Part shown: one piece after another, positions 42,525-52,726 of the stretch | Layout of the letters: the number at the start of each line of letters is the position of its first letter | Numbering within the stretch: position 1 is the stretch's first letter | Assembly (NCBI GenBank): GCA_965200205.1 | Contig: CBDAUI010000001.1 | Span: 1,778,664 to 1,842,663 of the forward strand | DNA: 64,000 nt | Reading direction: 5' to 3' | Source: Candidatus Poribacteria bacterium | Lineage (GTDB): Bacteria; Poribacteria; WGA-4E; WGA-3G | Program-made: the position numbers and the translations under genes | Notes under the pieces: generated by a model | What the model saw: the letters and a program-made list of their open reading frames with translations, nothing else | Databases searched by the model: none | Told to the model about the DNA's origin: nothing

Positions 42525-43643
42525 CTATTCCTCCCTGTTTTTTCGCAGCAGCACTGGGGACGTGAGGTCCCATAGGCGAACTGTTCCGTCTTCACTTCCA
42601 CTTACGAGCGTTACACCATCCGGACTAAAAGCGACACTCTTGACAGGTGCCGTGTGTCCTGTAAGTGTCGAGATGTGCGTACCTGTGGCAATATTCCAGA
42701 GTTGAATTGTCTTGTCCTCACCACCACTTGCGAGGGTTAATCCATCCAAACTAAAGGCGACACTCCACACGGTGGATGTGTGTCCCGTAAAAATTTTCAG
42801 TTGCTGTCCTGTAGTTGTATCCCAAATTCGGATTGTCTTGTCCCAACTTCCACTTGCGAGTGTCCGTCCGTCTGGACTGAAAGCGACACTAAAGACCCAA
42901 TTCGTGTGCCCTGTAAGTGTTCTCAGTTTCTCGCCGGTAGCAATATCCCACAAACGGACGATGTTTCCTGCATTGCCACTCGCTAACGTTTTTCTGCCCT
43001 TACTGAAGGCAACACTAAAGATATTTTCTGTCTCCTCAGTCAGTGCTTTCAGTCGTTTACCTGTTTCTACATCCCATAGATAAAGATTGCCGTCCTCACT
43101 GCCACTCGCAAGTATCTTGCTATCAGTGCTGAATGCGACGGTATTGACCCAATGTAAAGCGTTCGGCGCATTTTCCCGCATGTATCTGAGTTGCGCACCT
43201 GTGGCAGCGTCCCAAAGGCAAATAACCTCACTTGCATTGATCGCCCCTGCGATCATCCGTCCATCAGGACTAAACGCTATGCTGTTGATGTCCGCAGTGA
43301 AGTCCCCCTGAAAAACCACCCAGAAATTTTCCTCCCTCTCTATCTCCCGTCCTGTGACAGCATCCCAGAGTCCAACGGTATTGTTCTTGTCACTTGCGAC
43401 GATTGAACCATCCGGACTGAAAGCGACACTGTGGACACCTCTCTTAACGGCTAAATCAATAGTGATGTGAGACAAATCTTGCGGGGTTGTTGTTTTCATA
43501 ATAGGTTTTTCTTTTTCTGGCACATCTTCAGATTCCACCGGCACCGTAAAGATAAAAAGTATTATGATCCCTGTAAGGATGATCCCCGAAAAGTGATTTT
43601 TGCTGATGGAGACTGATTGCTGATGGTTGTAAATCACGGACAT
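42525..43643 (-). CDS. Membrane-anchored WD40 repeat protein.
   Basis: N-terminal TM (IILTGIIILFIFTV) followed by 7 WD40 repeats (LTGHT..V.SVAFSPDG..LASGS.D.T..LWD). Confidence 0.8.
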   Translation of the reverse strand: MSVIYNHQQSVSISKNHFSGIILTGIIILFIFTVPVESEDVPEKEKPIMKTTTPQDLSHITIDLAVKRGVHSVAFSPDGSIVASDKNNTVGLWDAVTGREIEREENFWVVFQGDFTADINSIAFSPDGRMIAGAINASEVICLWDAATGAQLRYMRENAPNALHWVNTVAFSTDSKILASGSEDGNLYLWDVETGKRLKALTEETENIFSVAFSKGRKTLASGNAGNIVRLWDIATGEKLRTLTGHTNWVFSVAFSPDGRTLASGSWDKTIRIWDTTTGQQLKIFTGHTSTVWSVAFSLDGLTLASGGEDKTIQLWNIATGTHISTLTGHTAPVKSVAFSPDGVTLVSGSEDGTVRLWDLTSPVLLRKNREE

Positions 43644-44821
43644 ACAAACTTACCCAGAATTTTCCGAACCGATGCCCCAGTCGCTGAAGGCAGGTTCCCA
43701 GCGTTGCCGTGGAGGGCCTCATTCGCTAAAATCGTGAACGCGATTGCCTCTTTCGCATCCGCTGAGATGCCAGAGGTGTCTACCGGTTCAACCACTGTAT
43801 TCGGCAATTGTTCACCGAGTCGTCGCATGATTGTCTGATTGTGGACACCGCCGCCGCTCACGTAAAGCGTATTTATCGGGTTCTGTCCCGTTATGAATCG
43901 TTCGATGTAGTCGGTAATCGTTTGAACTGTCAACTCGGTCAGTGTCGCGATGCAGTCGTTATCTGAAAGTTTGTGCTTACGGCAGGTCTCCAAGCACGCC
44001 ATCGCATAAGTGCGTCCAAACATCTCACGTCCAGTCGTTTTCGGTGGAGACTGGTGGAAAAACGGGTGTTTTAACCATTCGTTGATGATGGGTTGGTATG
44101 GCGTGCCTTGTACGGCGCGTTTACCTGCTTTATCGTAATGCTCTGAGCCTTGTGTGATTTCTCTGACAACAGCGTCGATGCACATGTTGCCGGGACCCGT
44201 ATCCGCAGCAGAGACAGACGCAAACGTTCCGTTTGCAGGTAGCACCGTGAGATTCGCAATCCCACCGATATTCAAGAGTCCGACTGTTTTCGTACTGTTG
44301 CGGAACAGCAAATAATCCGGATATGATACCAACGGCGCGCCTTGTCCGCCTGCTGCCATATCGGCGACGCGGAAATCTGCTATCGTGGGAATCCCCGTTT
44401 CGTGTGCAATGACTGCAGGTTCACCCACCTGCAATGTTGACGGATAGCGCGAGGTGTTCGCGTCTTTGGGGAGGTGGTGAATCGTTTGTCCGTGTGAGCC
44501 GATGAGGTCAATATCACTGGCATGCATTCCGCTTTTTTTTACGATATGTTTCACCGCTTCCGCGAAAAGGTGTCCGATATAGAAATTCATCTCGCAGATG
44601 TCGTCAACGCGACCCGTATCGGGTTGACAGAGCGCAAGGATACGTTGTGGCACACCGGATGGAAACGGAAAAGTCTCAAAAGCGATAAGGTCTACTTCGG
44701 TCTCTAAACCGTTTCCCGTGATTTCCACGATGGCAGCATCAATACCGTCAACTGAAGTGCCAGACATTAACCCGATAACGATTTTTTTATTTTTCTTGAG
44801 AAGTTCAAAAAAGTTTTTCAT
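43634..44821 (-). CDS. anmK: Anhydro-N-acetylmuramic acid kinase.
   Basis: MKNFFELLKKNKKIVIGLMSGTSVDGIDAAIVEI N-terminus typical of AnmK. Start set at ATG 44821 rather than the ORF-track 44992. Confidence 0.8.
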   Translation of the reverse strand: MKNFFELLKKNKKIVIGLMSGTSVDGIDAAIVEITGNGLETEVDLIAFETFPFPSGVPQRILALCQPDTGRVDDICEMNFYIGHLFAEAVKHIVKKSGMHASDIDLIGSHGQTIHHLPKDANTSRYPSTLQVGEPAVIAHETGIPTIADFRVADMAAGGQGAPLVSYPDYLLFRNSTKTVGLLNIGGIANLTVLPANGTFASVSAADTGPGNMCIDAVVREITQGSEHYDKAGKRAVQGTPYQPIINEWLKHPFFHQSPPKTTGREMFGRTYAMACLETCRKHKLSDNDCIATLTELTVQTITDYIERFITGQNPINTLYVSGGGVHNQTIMRRLGEQLPNTVVEPVDTSGISADAKEAIAFTILANEALHGNAGNLPSATGASVRKILGKFVCP

Positions 44822-44825
44822 TTTT

Positions 44826-46025
44826 TTATTCGTAAACGTGATACTGTATTGTGCGGTCTTGCCACTCTTGAAGTTCTTGCCTCCACCGTGCTTGGATTGC
44901 CTCCGCTGAATTCCGATTCGATAATGCCTCTCGCAGCCATCTGTTTCCTGCCAATCTATCAAAATGTGACGCTGAGAAAGCGAAATGGTCACTGTATTCA
45001 GCCGTTAGTGTGGATAGCATCTGAATGGTTGTCTCTATCGGACGGAGACGTTCTCTATCGGTAATATGGATAGCGACACCGTGGCAGGTCTGTTTCGCGT
45101 ATTTTGTGGTCTCAGACGCAGGGGCAGGTGTAAAGACAACAGAACGGAACCGAACCCCCGGCAGTTGGCAGTCGTTGAGTTGTTCTGCCCATTTTTCGCC
45201 GTTACACCAAGGCGCACCGATATATTCAAACGGCTTTGTCGTTCCACGGCCTTCACTCATATTTGTCCCTTCAAACAGGCATAAACCCGGATAGAGCGTC
45301 GCTGTTGTTAGGGTAGGCATGTTCGGTGAAGGTGGCACCCACGGCAATCCGGTATCATCGAACCACATCGCTCGCTTATATTCGGGCATCCACGCAACTT
45401 TCAGCTGACAGGACGGCACGCGTTCCGCTTTTAATAGCGTCGCCAATTCCCCGATTGTCAACCCGTAGCGGATCGGTATCTGATGTATTCCAACAAACGA
45501 TTCGGATCCACCTTCCAATACCGGTCCCTCTATAGAATTACACGTAATCGGATTAGGTCGGTCAGCGACAATGAACGCAACCCCGCAGTCCGCGGCTGCT
45601 TCCATCGCGTACAGCATCGTGGAAATATAGGTATAGTAACGCGCGCCAACATCTTGCATATCGTAGACCAGTAGATCTATGCCTTCAAGCTGCTGTGCTG
45701 TTGGGCGCATGGATTGACCGTATAAACTGAAAACGGGAACATTTAATGGGTTTTCGTCTCGTAGAGGAGAAGTTACCTCGCCGCTACTATTGATAGCGAT
45801 ACCATCTTGGACTGCACCCCAGAGTCCATGCTCTGGCGTGAAAATCGCGGAGAGGCGGCACTCCGGTACTTCTGCGAGAAGTCGATAGTTGTTTTGTAAG
45901 GTTGCATCGACACCGGTATGATTTGTAATAAGTCCGATGGATTTCCCTTGAAGCCAGTCACGTTTCTCAGTGCGTAAGACGCTCAATCCTAATTCGAGTG
46001 TTTGAGAATTTGTTGTAGTAGACAT
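44826..46025 (-). CDS. DUF1343 family protein (exo-beta-N-acetylmuramidase NamZ-like).
   Basis: N-terminal ...GKSIGLITNHTGVD... pattern of DUF1343. It is operonic with anmK and contains a degenerate copy of the palindromic element that encodes GEVTSPL. Confidence 0.65.
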   Translation of the reverse strand: MSTTTNSQTLELGLSVLRTEKRDWLQGKSIGLITNHTGVDATLQNNYRLLAEVPECRLSAIFTPEHGLWGAVQDGIAINSSGEVTSPLRDENPLNVPVFSLYGQSMRPTAQQLEGIDLLVYDMQDVGARYYTYISTMLYAMEAAADCGVAFIVADRPNPITCNSIEGPVLEGGSESFVGIHQIPIRYGLTIGELATLLKAERVPSCQLKVAWMPEYKRAMWFDDTGLPWVPPSPNMPTLTTATLYPGLCLFEGTNMSEGRGTTKPFEYIGAPWCNGEKWAEQLNDCQLPGVRFRSVVFTPAPASETTKYAKQTCHGVAIHITDRERLRPIETTIQMLSTLTAEYSDHFAFSASHFDRLAGNRWLREALSNRNSAEAIQARWRQELQEWQDRTIQYHVYE

Positions 46026-46166
46026 AACTATATTATACAGTCGTCTGGAGATTTATATCGGTTGGACGTTGCGTTTTTCAGCGTTTTTCTTCCATTTTCA
46101 AAACTTTGGATGCATAGGTTATATGTGGTTTTAGAGGTGCCTCTTCACCCCGTAGGGGTGTTATGT

Positions 46167-47201
46167 CTATAGAAACAAAACGTTGTGGAACATTCTCCGA
46201 AATTCGATGATACCGCGCCGGTCAGCATCCGGATGTACCCGGTTTGTCAGTAGGATAGCCGCGAGTTTTCTTTTCAGGCATATCCGTATTGAGGTACCGG
46301 TGAATCCTGTATGATAGAGGCACCCATCATCTGTTACGATCCAACCGATACAGCGGCGTTCTCCTTTCACTGGAACGACTCGACGCATTCTGTTGAGGCT
46401 CTCCGGACGCAATAGCGAGTTTCCGCCGTTATCCATCAACGCTTTACAGAACTTTCCGAGGTCTGTTGATGTCGAAAAGAGTCCCGCATTTCCTGAGATT
46501 CCGCCGAGGAAATGGGCATTTTCGTCGTGTACCTGTCCGATAATCACGCCTTCACGCCAGTCGTAGCGTTCGTAGTTAACCATGCGACGTTCAAAACTGT
46601 TAGAATCCTCCGTCGCTGCGCAGTTCTTATGCCATTCCTGCGGCGGATTGAAACGTGTCCACGCCATATCGAGCGGTGCGAAAATCCGTTCTTCTGATAG
46701 TTGGTCAAGCGGCTGTTCTGTTACCCTTTCAAGCAGTTTACCGAGTACGATATATCCTAAGCAGCTATACACCGTCTTCTCTCCGGGCTGAGATTCCAAA
46801 TCGATCTGCCCGAGATAGGAGATGACGTTCTCAGGCGATCCTGCGCGTAGATAGAGCGGTAGCCATGCCGGGAGTCCAGAGGTATGTGTCAACAGATGTG
46901 TGAGTGTTACGTCTTTCTGTCGAAATTCTGGCAAATATTCCGCTACAGGTCTATTCAGTGAGAGTTCGCCGCTTTCAACGAGTTGCATGCAAAGTGTTCC
47001 GACAACAATAGGTTTTGTCAGCGATGCTAAATCAAAGAGTGTCATACGCAGCATCGGAAGCCGTTTCGGTTTTACACATCGGAAGCCGAACGCTTCGTGG
47101 TAAAGCACCTTTTCGCCGGTAAGAATGTATGCAACCGCTCCGGGGAAAACCTTTTCCGAGATGCTATTTTGAATAAGTGTTGAAATTGTATCTTTTAGCA
47201 A
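46167..47201 (-). CDS. Serine hydrolase, beta-lactamase/AmpH-like (penicillin-binding-protein-related).
   Basis: SxxK motif ASLTKPIV and overall class C beta-lactamase-like composition. Confidence 0.7.
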   Translation of the reverse strand: MLKDTISTLIQNSISEKVFPGAVAYILTGEKVLYHEAFGFRCVKPKRLPMLRMTLFDLASLTKPIVVGTLCMQLVESGELSLNRPVAEYLPEFRQKDVTLTHLLTHTSGLPAWLPLYLRAGSPENVISYLGQIDLESQPGEKTVYSCLGYIVLGKLLERVTEQPLDQLSEERIFAPLDMAWTRFNPPQEWHKNCAATEDSNSFERRMVNYERYDWREGVIIGQVHDENAHFLGGISGNAGLFSTSTDLGKFCKALMDNGGNSLLRPESLNRMRRVVPVKGERRCIGWIVTDDGCLYHTGFTGTSIRICLKRKLAAILLTNRVHPDADRRGIIEFRRMFHNVLFL

Positions 47202-47345
47202 TAGGAACCCCTCACAGGTTAACAGGAATTTTTAACTATGGACTAAAATTTTGGTTGACTCAGATGCTACTTATATGATACACTATTTCTCGTATTTTTG
47301 TTAGCGTTTTTTGATAAATGCGCGCCACTGTTCAGGGAATCAATC

Positions 47346-47711
47346 ATGCAATCACTTCCAAAAGAACTTCAAGAGATAACAACAACCGAAAAGCCGTGGG
47401 GGCACTTTATACAGTATGTATTGAATCAACCAGTTACAGTCAAAATTTTAGAGATTCGGGCAGGCGAACAGGTGAGTTATCAGTATCACCACCACCGAAG
47501 CGAATTATGGATCCCACTTGATGAGGGTGCCTGTTTAAAACTTAATGGCACTATTCAACGTCCTGAGCCGATGGAACCTGTGTTTATCCCACAAGGCGCG
47601 AAACATCAACTTATCGGTGAATCGAAAGACTACCGAATACTCGAAATCGCTTTTGGAAACTTTGACGAAGAAGATATCGTCCGTCTTTCAGACAAATATG
47701 GAAGAGTTTAA
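47346..47711 (+). CDS. Cupin domain protein (type II phosphomannose isomerase-like).
   Basis: WGHF...ILEIRAGEQVSYQYHHHRSELWIPLDG...IPQGAKHQL cupin motifs. Start at ATG 47346. Confidence 0.65.
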   Translation: MQSLPKELQEITTTEKPWGHFIQYVLNQPVTVKILEIRAGEQVSYQYHHHRSELWIPLDEGACLKLNGTIQRPEPMEPVFIPQGAKHQLIGESKDYRILEIAFGNFDEEDIVRLSDKYGRV

Positions 47712-47728
47712 AAAAGAGGAGGAGGTTG

Positions 47729-49156
47729 TTGGATAGGGAACTTAATCTATTCATCGATGGTCGGACACCAGATTCAGTTCTGGAGTCGGCATCCGTTACA
47801 GCGGAAGAGCAGAAAGTTGATACCGATTTACAAGAGATTCACGCCGGCTTTCAAGATGAGAGGTCTGTATCGCTTCCTGAATTAGAATCGACACTGCGTG
47901 CTTGGACCCGTAGCCATCTCCAAGACGAGGATATTGATAACGTTGGAACGTTGGCAGCCCGCGCGCGTGAGGAATTTTCGGTGCTGGTCACCATCGGTAT
48001 AGGTGGTTCTGACCTGAGTGCTCGTGTCTTTCACGATTCTTTCAATCATCCGTACCATAACCTATTATCGCCTGAAGAACGTGGCGGCGCGCCGGAAGTT
48101 TATTTCACCGGTGATACTTTCGATCCACGCAAGCTCATCGGCTTGATTGAGATGCTCAAGGCGCGGAACCTCCTTCAGAAGACGCTTTTCAACGTTATCA
48201 GCAAATCCGGCACAACGACCGAGACGATGGCGACGTTGATGGTCATCCATGAAGTGCTTGGTGATGTCAACTGGCGGCGACAGGTCCTCGCGACAACCGG
48301 TCTAACTACCGACAGTGTGCTGTTTCGAATGCATACGCAATCCCCCTTTTACGGTGGTACACTGCTTCCTGTTCGAGAGGGTGTCGGTGGACGCTTCTCA
48401 GCCTTTTCGCCTGTGGGCCTGTTCTTCCTGGCGATGACAGCCGGAAAAGGCGAAACGCCAAAGACGCGCATCCGCACCGCAGTGGAGGGTGTACAGCAAG
48501 CGCACGAAGATTTTTTTTCTGATCGTGAATATCAAGACAAGGTCGCCTATCAACTCGCGCAGTGGATTCATCTCGCGGAAGAGGGCGAAAGTCCCAAACA
48601 CCGAAGCAAAAACACCGTTGTTTTCTATAACTATGCCGACAATAGCTGCCTCGGTGAGTGGTTCGTTCAACTCTGTACGGAGTCTGTTCAAGAGCGCGGT
48701 GTCGGTCCTAACGTCATAAACGCCAAGGGACCTACAAGTAACCACTCAATCCTCAACGGTATCATCGCCGGTCCGAGGGATAAAGTTGTACTTTTTATCC
48801 ATTGGGAAGACCTAGGTCCCGATTTAGTTCTGCCAACAGATACGGAAATGGATAAGAAGTTGACAGATATTGAAGGGCTATCCATGACACACATGCAGAC
48901 CGCTTCCTATCGTGGTACTGCCTTAGATTTTAGCGATAAAGGTGTATTCAACGCAACGTTGGCACTCCCGAAGCGAGATGTTCAGTCTGTTTGCCGATTG
49001 ATGCGGACGTTAATGGATACTATCGCCGTGAAAGGCAGACTCCAAGGGTTACATCTTGACAACAGTGACGGAACTGAGTTAACATATCTCCAAGACGGTG
49101 TTGAAGGCTATAAACGGAATTTCCGATCTTTTGCGATGGCACCAGAGCACGCATAG
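47729..49156 (+). CDS. pgi: Glucose-6-phosphate isomerase.
   Basis: GIGGSDL, ISKSGTTTET and GGRFSAFSPVGL PGI signatures. Probable TTG start at 47726 or 47729, after a GAGGAGG RBS. Confidence 0.75.
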   Translation: MDRELNLFIDGRTPDSVLESASVTAEEQKVDTDLQEIHAGFQDERSVSLPELESTLRAWTRSHLQDEDIDNVGTLAARAREEFSVLVTIGIGGSDLSARVFHDSFNHPYHNLLSPEERGGAPEVYFTGDTFDPRKLIGLIEMLKARNLLQKTLFNVISKSGTTTETMATLMVIHEVLGDVNWRRQVLATTGLTTDSVLFRMHTQSPFYGGTLLPVREGVGGRFSAFSPVGLFFLAMTAGKGETPKTRIRTAVEGVQQAHEDFFSDREYQDKVAYQLAQWIHLAEEGESPKHRSKNTVVFYNYADNSCLGEWFVQLCTESVQERGVGPNVINAKGPTSNHSILNGIIAGPRDKVVLFIHWEDLGPDLVLPTDTEMDKKLTDIEGLSMTHMQTASYRGTALDFSDKGVFNATLALPKRDVQSVCRLMRTLMDTIAVKGRLQGLHLDNSDGTELTYLQDGVEGYKRNFRSFAMAPEHA

Positions 49157-49164
49157 CAGAAGGT

Positions 49165-51222
49165 ATGCCGCGAATGAAGAATAGACTCTCCGCTCTCCAG
49201 TTTCAGGATAAAATATTTCTTGCTTACGGTCTCGTGTTCCTTGTTATGTTTGGGGCTATTTTGGGGAGCACCAGTTTTTTGATCCATCTCGCTTTTAAGA
49301 GGGAAATTGATTCCTACGTCGAGACGCGGCAGGCACAGATCTCAAACAATTACCAAGCATTCCTTAACAAGGTTCAGAAGGATGTTCACGCTGCAGCTGC
49401 TGATGAGAGATTGCACCGCGCCGTTGAGATGGAGCCGCACTTTCCTTATCAGCCAATATCGGAGTTTGATCTATTCGAGTATGGTACGCCGGACGGAAAA
49501 CTTCTATACCCTGACTTGCAGACTGGGAGAAACGCGCCTGTATACCGTTCGTTAGAGAACCAAGAGGCACATATAAAGTTCAAACGGGACGATCTCGGTC
49601 AACAGTTTGTGGTTCAAATAACGGCAGTCGGCGAATGGGGGTTTGTTACAGGCGGCTATAACTTACAAACATGGCTGGAGGAGAAAGAGACCATCATCCA
49701 GTCGGATGAGCATCCGGTTTTCCTTGTCCGAGAACCACCGATGCCTGAACCGACGGTCTTTGGTTCCGAATCAGGCGAGATGACAGCAGAGGATTGGCTA
49801 CCGTTGAACAACGCGGCGCGACGTGTACCTTTTGATGGTTGGCTTCAATCGTTCTCTGGGACGCAACCCCAACAAAAAGTCGTTATACCGGGATCAAAAG
49901 ATGCTGATGGGGGTCCTTTTACGGCTTCCCTGATAAAACCGTTCAACTCAGCCTTCGCAACGACCCGTGAGGCAGCACCTGTCGGATTGATTGTCGCCTA
50001 TTCACACGCACGCCAGATGGGGTGGCAACGGCAGCTGATATTCACACTGCTTTTAAGTGGTACCGGAGGGTTGGTGTTGGTTTACCTCATTAGTTATATC
50101 GTCAGTCGCAGCATGGCGCGTCCGATCGCAGTGCTACGCGAGGGTGTCAGTCAAATTGCTGCTGGGAACCTTAATCATCGTGTTAACATTGAATCTGGCA
50201 GTGAGATGGTGCAACTGGCGAACGGTTTCAACCGGATGGCGCGAGACCTGAAACGCGGTTTAGACGCGCGTATGGCAGCAGAACGTGCAGCGACATGGCG
50301 GGATGTCGCACGGCAGGTGGCGCACGAGATCAAAAATCCGCTCTTTCCGATTCGGCTGTCCGTTGAAAACTTGCAACAGGCGAAATCTCAACCTGAAGTT
50401 TTTGAGAACATATTTAGTGAATGTACCGACACTGTCATTGAGGAAGTTGATCGTATCGGGAAATTGATAGATGAATTCCATCAATTCGCACGGATGCCGA
50501 GAGCGCAGCGGAAACCAAACCATTTAAATGATATTATACAGTCTGTTCTGACGTTATATACGGCAGGTTGGGTGCCAGATTCCGATCAAGTTGATGCTGA
50601 CACAGCAGCAGATTCAGAACACGAGAAGGATTCTACCGAAAGTATTTGGCTGGAAAATATTTCTAAGATTAAAGTCGAAACCGAATTCGGAAAGATTCCG
50701 AAACTGTTGCTTGATCCAGAGCAGATCACACAGGCGCTCGGTAACCTTCTAAAGAATGCGATTGAAGCGATGCCGGATGGCGGAACGCTTAAGGTAACAA
50801 CCTATTTTACACCAAGTGAACCCTACGGAAACTCTGAAGACCTACAAAACGGCGAAAAGAAAGAACAAAAAGATGAAGACACGGAACCCAACGGCATCGT
50901 TTCACTCGAAATCGAAGATACCGGTTACGGTATGTCGGATGAAACTATCGCGAACCTCTTTGTCCCTTATTACACTACGAAGTCCGAGACAGAAGGGACG
51001 GGACTCGGTATACCCATTGTGAGAAGAATCGTTGAAGAACATGGTGCCGAAATCGAATTTGAGAGTACCGAAGATGTCGGCACAACAGTCCGTATCTATT
51101 TTCCATATAACCGAAATGAACGCGCCGAAGAGTTAACCTTAGGACCGGAAGGATTAATACCGCTCACAGGTCTGACTCCGAAACTGGAGACGCAAGATCG
51201 GTCGGTAGACCCGCCAGAGTAA
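49165..51222 (+). CDS. Sensor histidine kinase (TM, HAMP, HisKA, HATPase_c).
   Basis: A HAMP domain (AVLREGVSQIAAGNLNHRV), an H-box (VAHEIKNPL), and G1/G2 boxes in the C-terminal part. Confidence 0.8.
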   Translation: MPRMKNRLSALQFQDKIFLAYGLVFLVMFGAILGSTSFLIHLAFKREIDSYVETRQAQISNNYQAFLNKVQKDVHAAAADERLHRAVEMEPHFPYQPISEFDLFEYGTPDGKLLYPDLQTGRNAPVYRSLENQEAHIKFKRDDLGQQFVVQITAVGEWGFVTGGYNLQTWLEEKETIIQSDEHPVFLVREPPMPEPTVFGSESGEMTAEDWLPLNNAARRVPFDGWLQSFSGTQPQQKVVIPGSKDADGGPFTASLIKPFNSAFATTREAAPVGLIVAYSHARQMGWQRQLIFTLLLSGTGGLVLVYLISYIVSRSMARPIAVLREGVSQIAAGNLNHRVNIESGSEMVQLANGFNRMARDLKRGLDARMAAERAATWRDVARQVAHEIKNPLFPIRLSVENLQQAKSQPEVFENIFSECTDTVIEEVDRIGKLIDEFHQFARMPRAQRKPNHLNDIIQSVLTLYTAGWVPDSDQVDADTAADSEHEKDSTESIWLENISKIKVETEFGKIPKLLLDPEQITQALGNLLKNAIEAMPDGGTLKVTTYFTPSEPYGNSEDLQNGEKKEQKDEDTEPNGIVSLEIEDTGYGMSDETIANLFVPYYTTKSETEGTGLGIPIVRRIVEEHGAEIEFESTEDVGTTVRIYFPYNRNERAEELTLGPEGLIPLTGLTPKLETQDRSVDPPE

Positions 51223-51253
51223 AACCGAAACATACTGTGATAGGACAAATGAA

Positions 51254-52681
51254 ATGGAAACTTTTCTGATTGTAGACGATGAAAAAAATACGCTTAAGAT
51301 GTTATCCCAAGGTCTCGAAATGCGGGGGTATCAAACCTTGACCGCTGCAAGCGGTGAGGAAGCTTTGCAACAAGCGGTGAAATCCGATGTTGATCTTGTT
51401 CTCTTGGATATCCGTATGGAGAATGGTATGGACGGTGTCCAGACACTCGTCAAGCTCCGGGAACGCTACCCGGAATTGAACGTTGTGATGATGTCAGCGC
51501 AGCAAGATATCGAGATCGCCGTTAAGACGATGGAACTCGGGGCAAAACGGTACATCACGAAGCCGATCGGTATTGATAAGATTTTATCGAGTGTCCAACC
51601 GTTTTTGGAGATATCGCGTTTATCGCAAGAGAACGAGATACTGAAGTCTCAAATTATCCCTGTTGATGAGATGGTGGGCGAAAGTGCCGCTATCAAGCAC
51701 CTCCGTTCACAGATTGATCGGGTCGCCGGTAGCAAACTCGGGGTCCTCATCTCTGGCGAGAACGGTACCGGCAAGCAGCTTGTCGCTAACGCTATTCATC
51801 AAAAGAGCAAACGCGCAGCGAAAACCTTTATTCCACTCAATTGCGCCGCTTTGCCTGATGAACTTATTGAAAGCGAACTCTTCGGACATGAGCGCGGCGC
51901 ATTCACAGGCGCGGATTCCCGAAGGCAGGGACGTTTTGAACTTGCAGACGGTGGAACCCTTTTTCTTGATGAGATCGGCGATATGAGCTTAAAGGCGCAA
52001 GCAAAAGTACTTCGCGTTATTGAGACCGGGGAAGTCGAACGGCTCGGTGGTAATCAGATTCGGGAGGTAGATGTACGGATTATCGCTGCGACTAACAAAA
52101 ATCTGCCAGAAGAAATTGAAAACGGACGGTTTCGACGGGATCTCTTCTATCGGTTGAATGTCGTACCTATTGCGGTGCCACCGCTTCGCGAACGAGCGGG
52201 AGATATTCCGGCGTTAGTCAAGTACTTCGCCGAGCGTCTACAACTCAATATGGGATCCACCCCGAAGGCTATTGATCCAGGGGCTTACACCGTGTTTCAA
52301 AGTTACCATTGGCCCGGAAACATCCGCGAGTTAAAGAATATCGTTGAACGGCTCCTTATTATGGTGAGCCGAGATGTTGTGATGGCACCCGATGTTGCAG
52401 AGGCTTTGGCATTGGTGCCACAAGTGCCTTCCGCACCTAACTTTACGGGCGATGCTACGGATTATCAAGGATCGCAGTCTCTGCCGAGTGTGGCACTTTA
52501 CAAACCAGGAACCCCGTTGAGCCAGATGATGGATACTGCTGAAGCGCAGTGTATTCTCACGGCTTTAGAAGAATTTAACTGGAATATCCGGCGGACCGCC
52601 GAGGCGTTAGAGGTCGAGCGGAGCAACTTGTACAAAAAAATGAACAAGTACGGTATTTCACGACCGAGTTCCGAAGACTAA
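51254..52681 (+). CDS. Sigma-54-dependent response regulator (NtrC/PilR family: REC, AAA+, HTH).
   Basis: REC domain (LIVDDE...D), [15 protein letters not shown], the GAFTGA motif (ERGAFTGA) and a C-terminal Fis-type HTH. Confidence 0.85.
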   Translation: METFLIVDDEKNTLKMLSQGLEMRGYQTLTAASGEEALQQAVKSDVDLVLLDIRMENGMDGVQTLVKLRERYPELNVVMMSAQQDIEIAVKTMELGAKRYITKPIGIDKILSSVQPFLEISRLSQENEILKSQIIPVDEMVGESAAIKHLRSQIDRVAGSKLGVLISGENGTGKQLVANAIHQKSKRAAKTFIPLNCAALPDELIESELFGHERGAFTGADSRRQGRFELADGGTLFLDEIGDMSLKAQAKVLRVIETGEVERLGGNQIREVDVRIIAATNKNLPEEIENGRFRRDLFYRLNVVPIAVPPLRERAGDIPALVKYFAERLQLNMGSTPKAIDPGAYTVFQSYHWPGNIRELKNIVERLLIMVSRDVVMAPDVAEALALVPQVPSAPNFTGDATDYQGSQSLPSVALYKPGTPLSQMMDTAEAQCILTALEEFNWNIRRTAEALEVERSNLYKKMNKYGISRPSSED

Positions 52682-52726
52682 ACTTATGGTAGGAGAGGTT
52701 TCTAACCCCGATAGAATGGACGAACG

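Noticed and set aside
44822-44992. 57-codon N-terminal extension of anmK in the ORF track.
   Set aside because: The AnmK family N-terminus MKNFFELL...IGLMSGTSVDG starts at ATG 44821. The extension has no homology-like features.
46026-46166. Hairpins CACCCC-gta-GGGGTG and AGAGG-tgc-CCTCT downstream of the beta-lactamase-like gene.
   Set aside because: Neither is followed by a T-run on the relevant strand. They may be structured but cannot be called terminators from sequence alone.
52686-52712. Canonical sigma54 -24/-12 promoter call for the repeated motif.
   Set aside because: A GG...GC spacing of exactly 10 is not met in either copy. Reported only as a repeated candidate regulatory motif.
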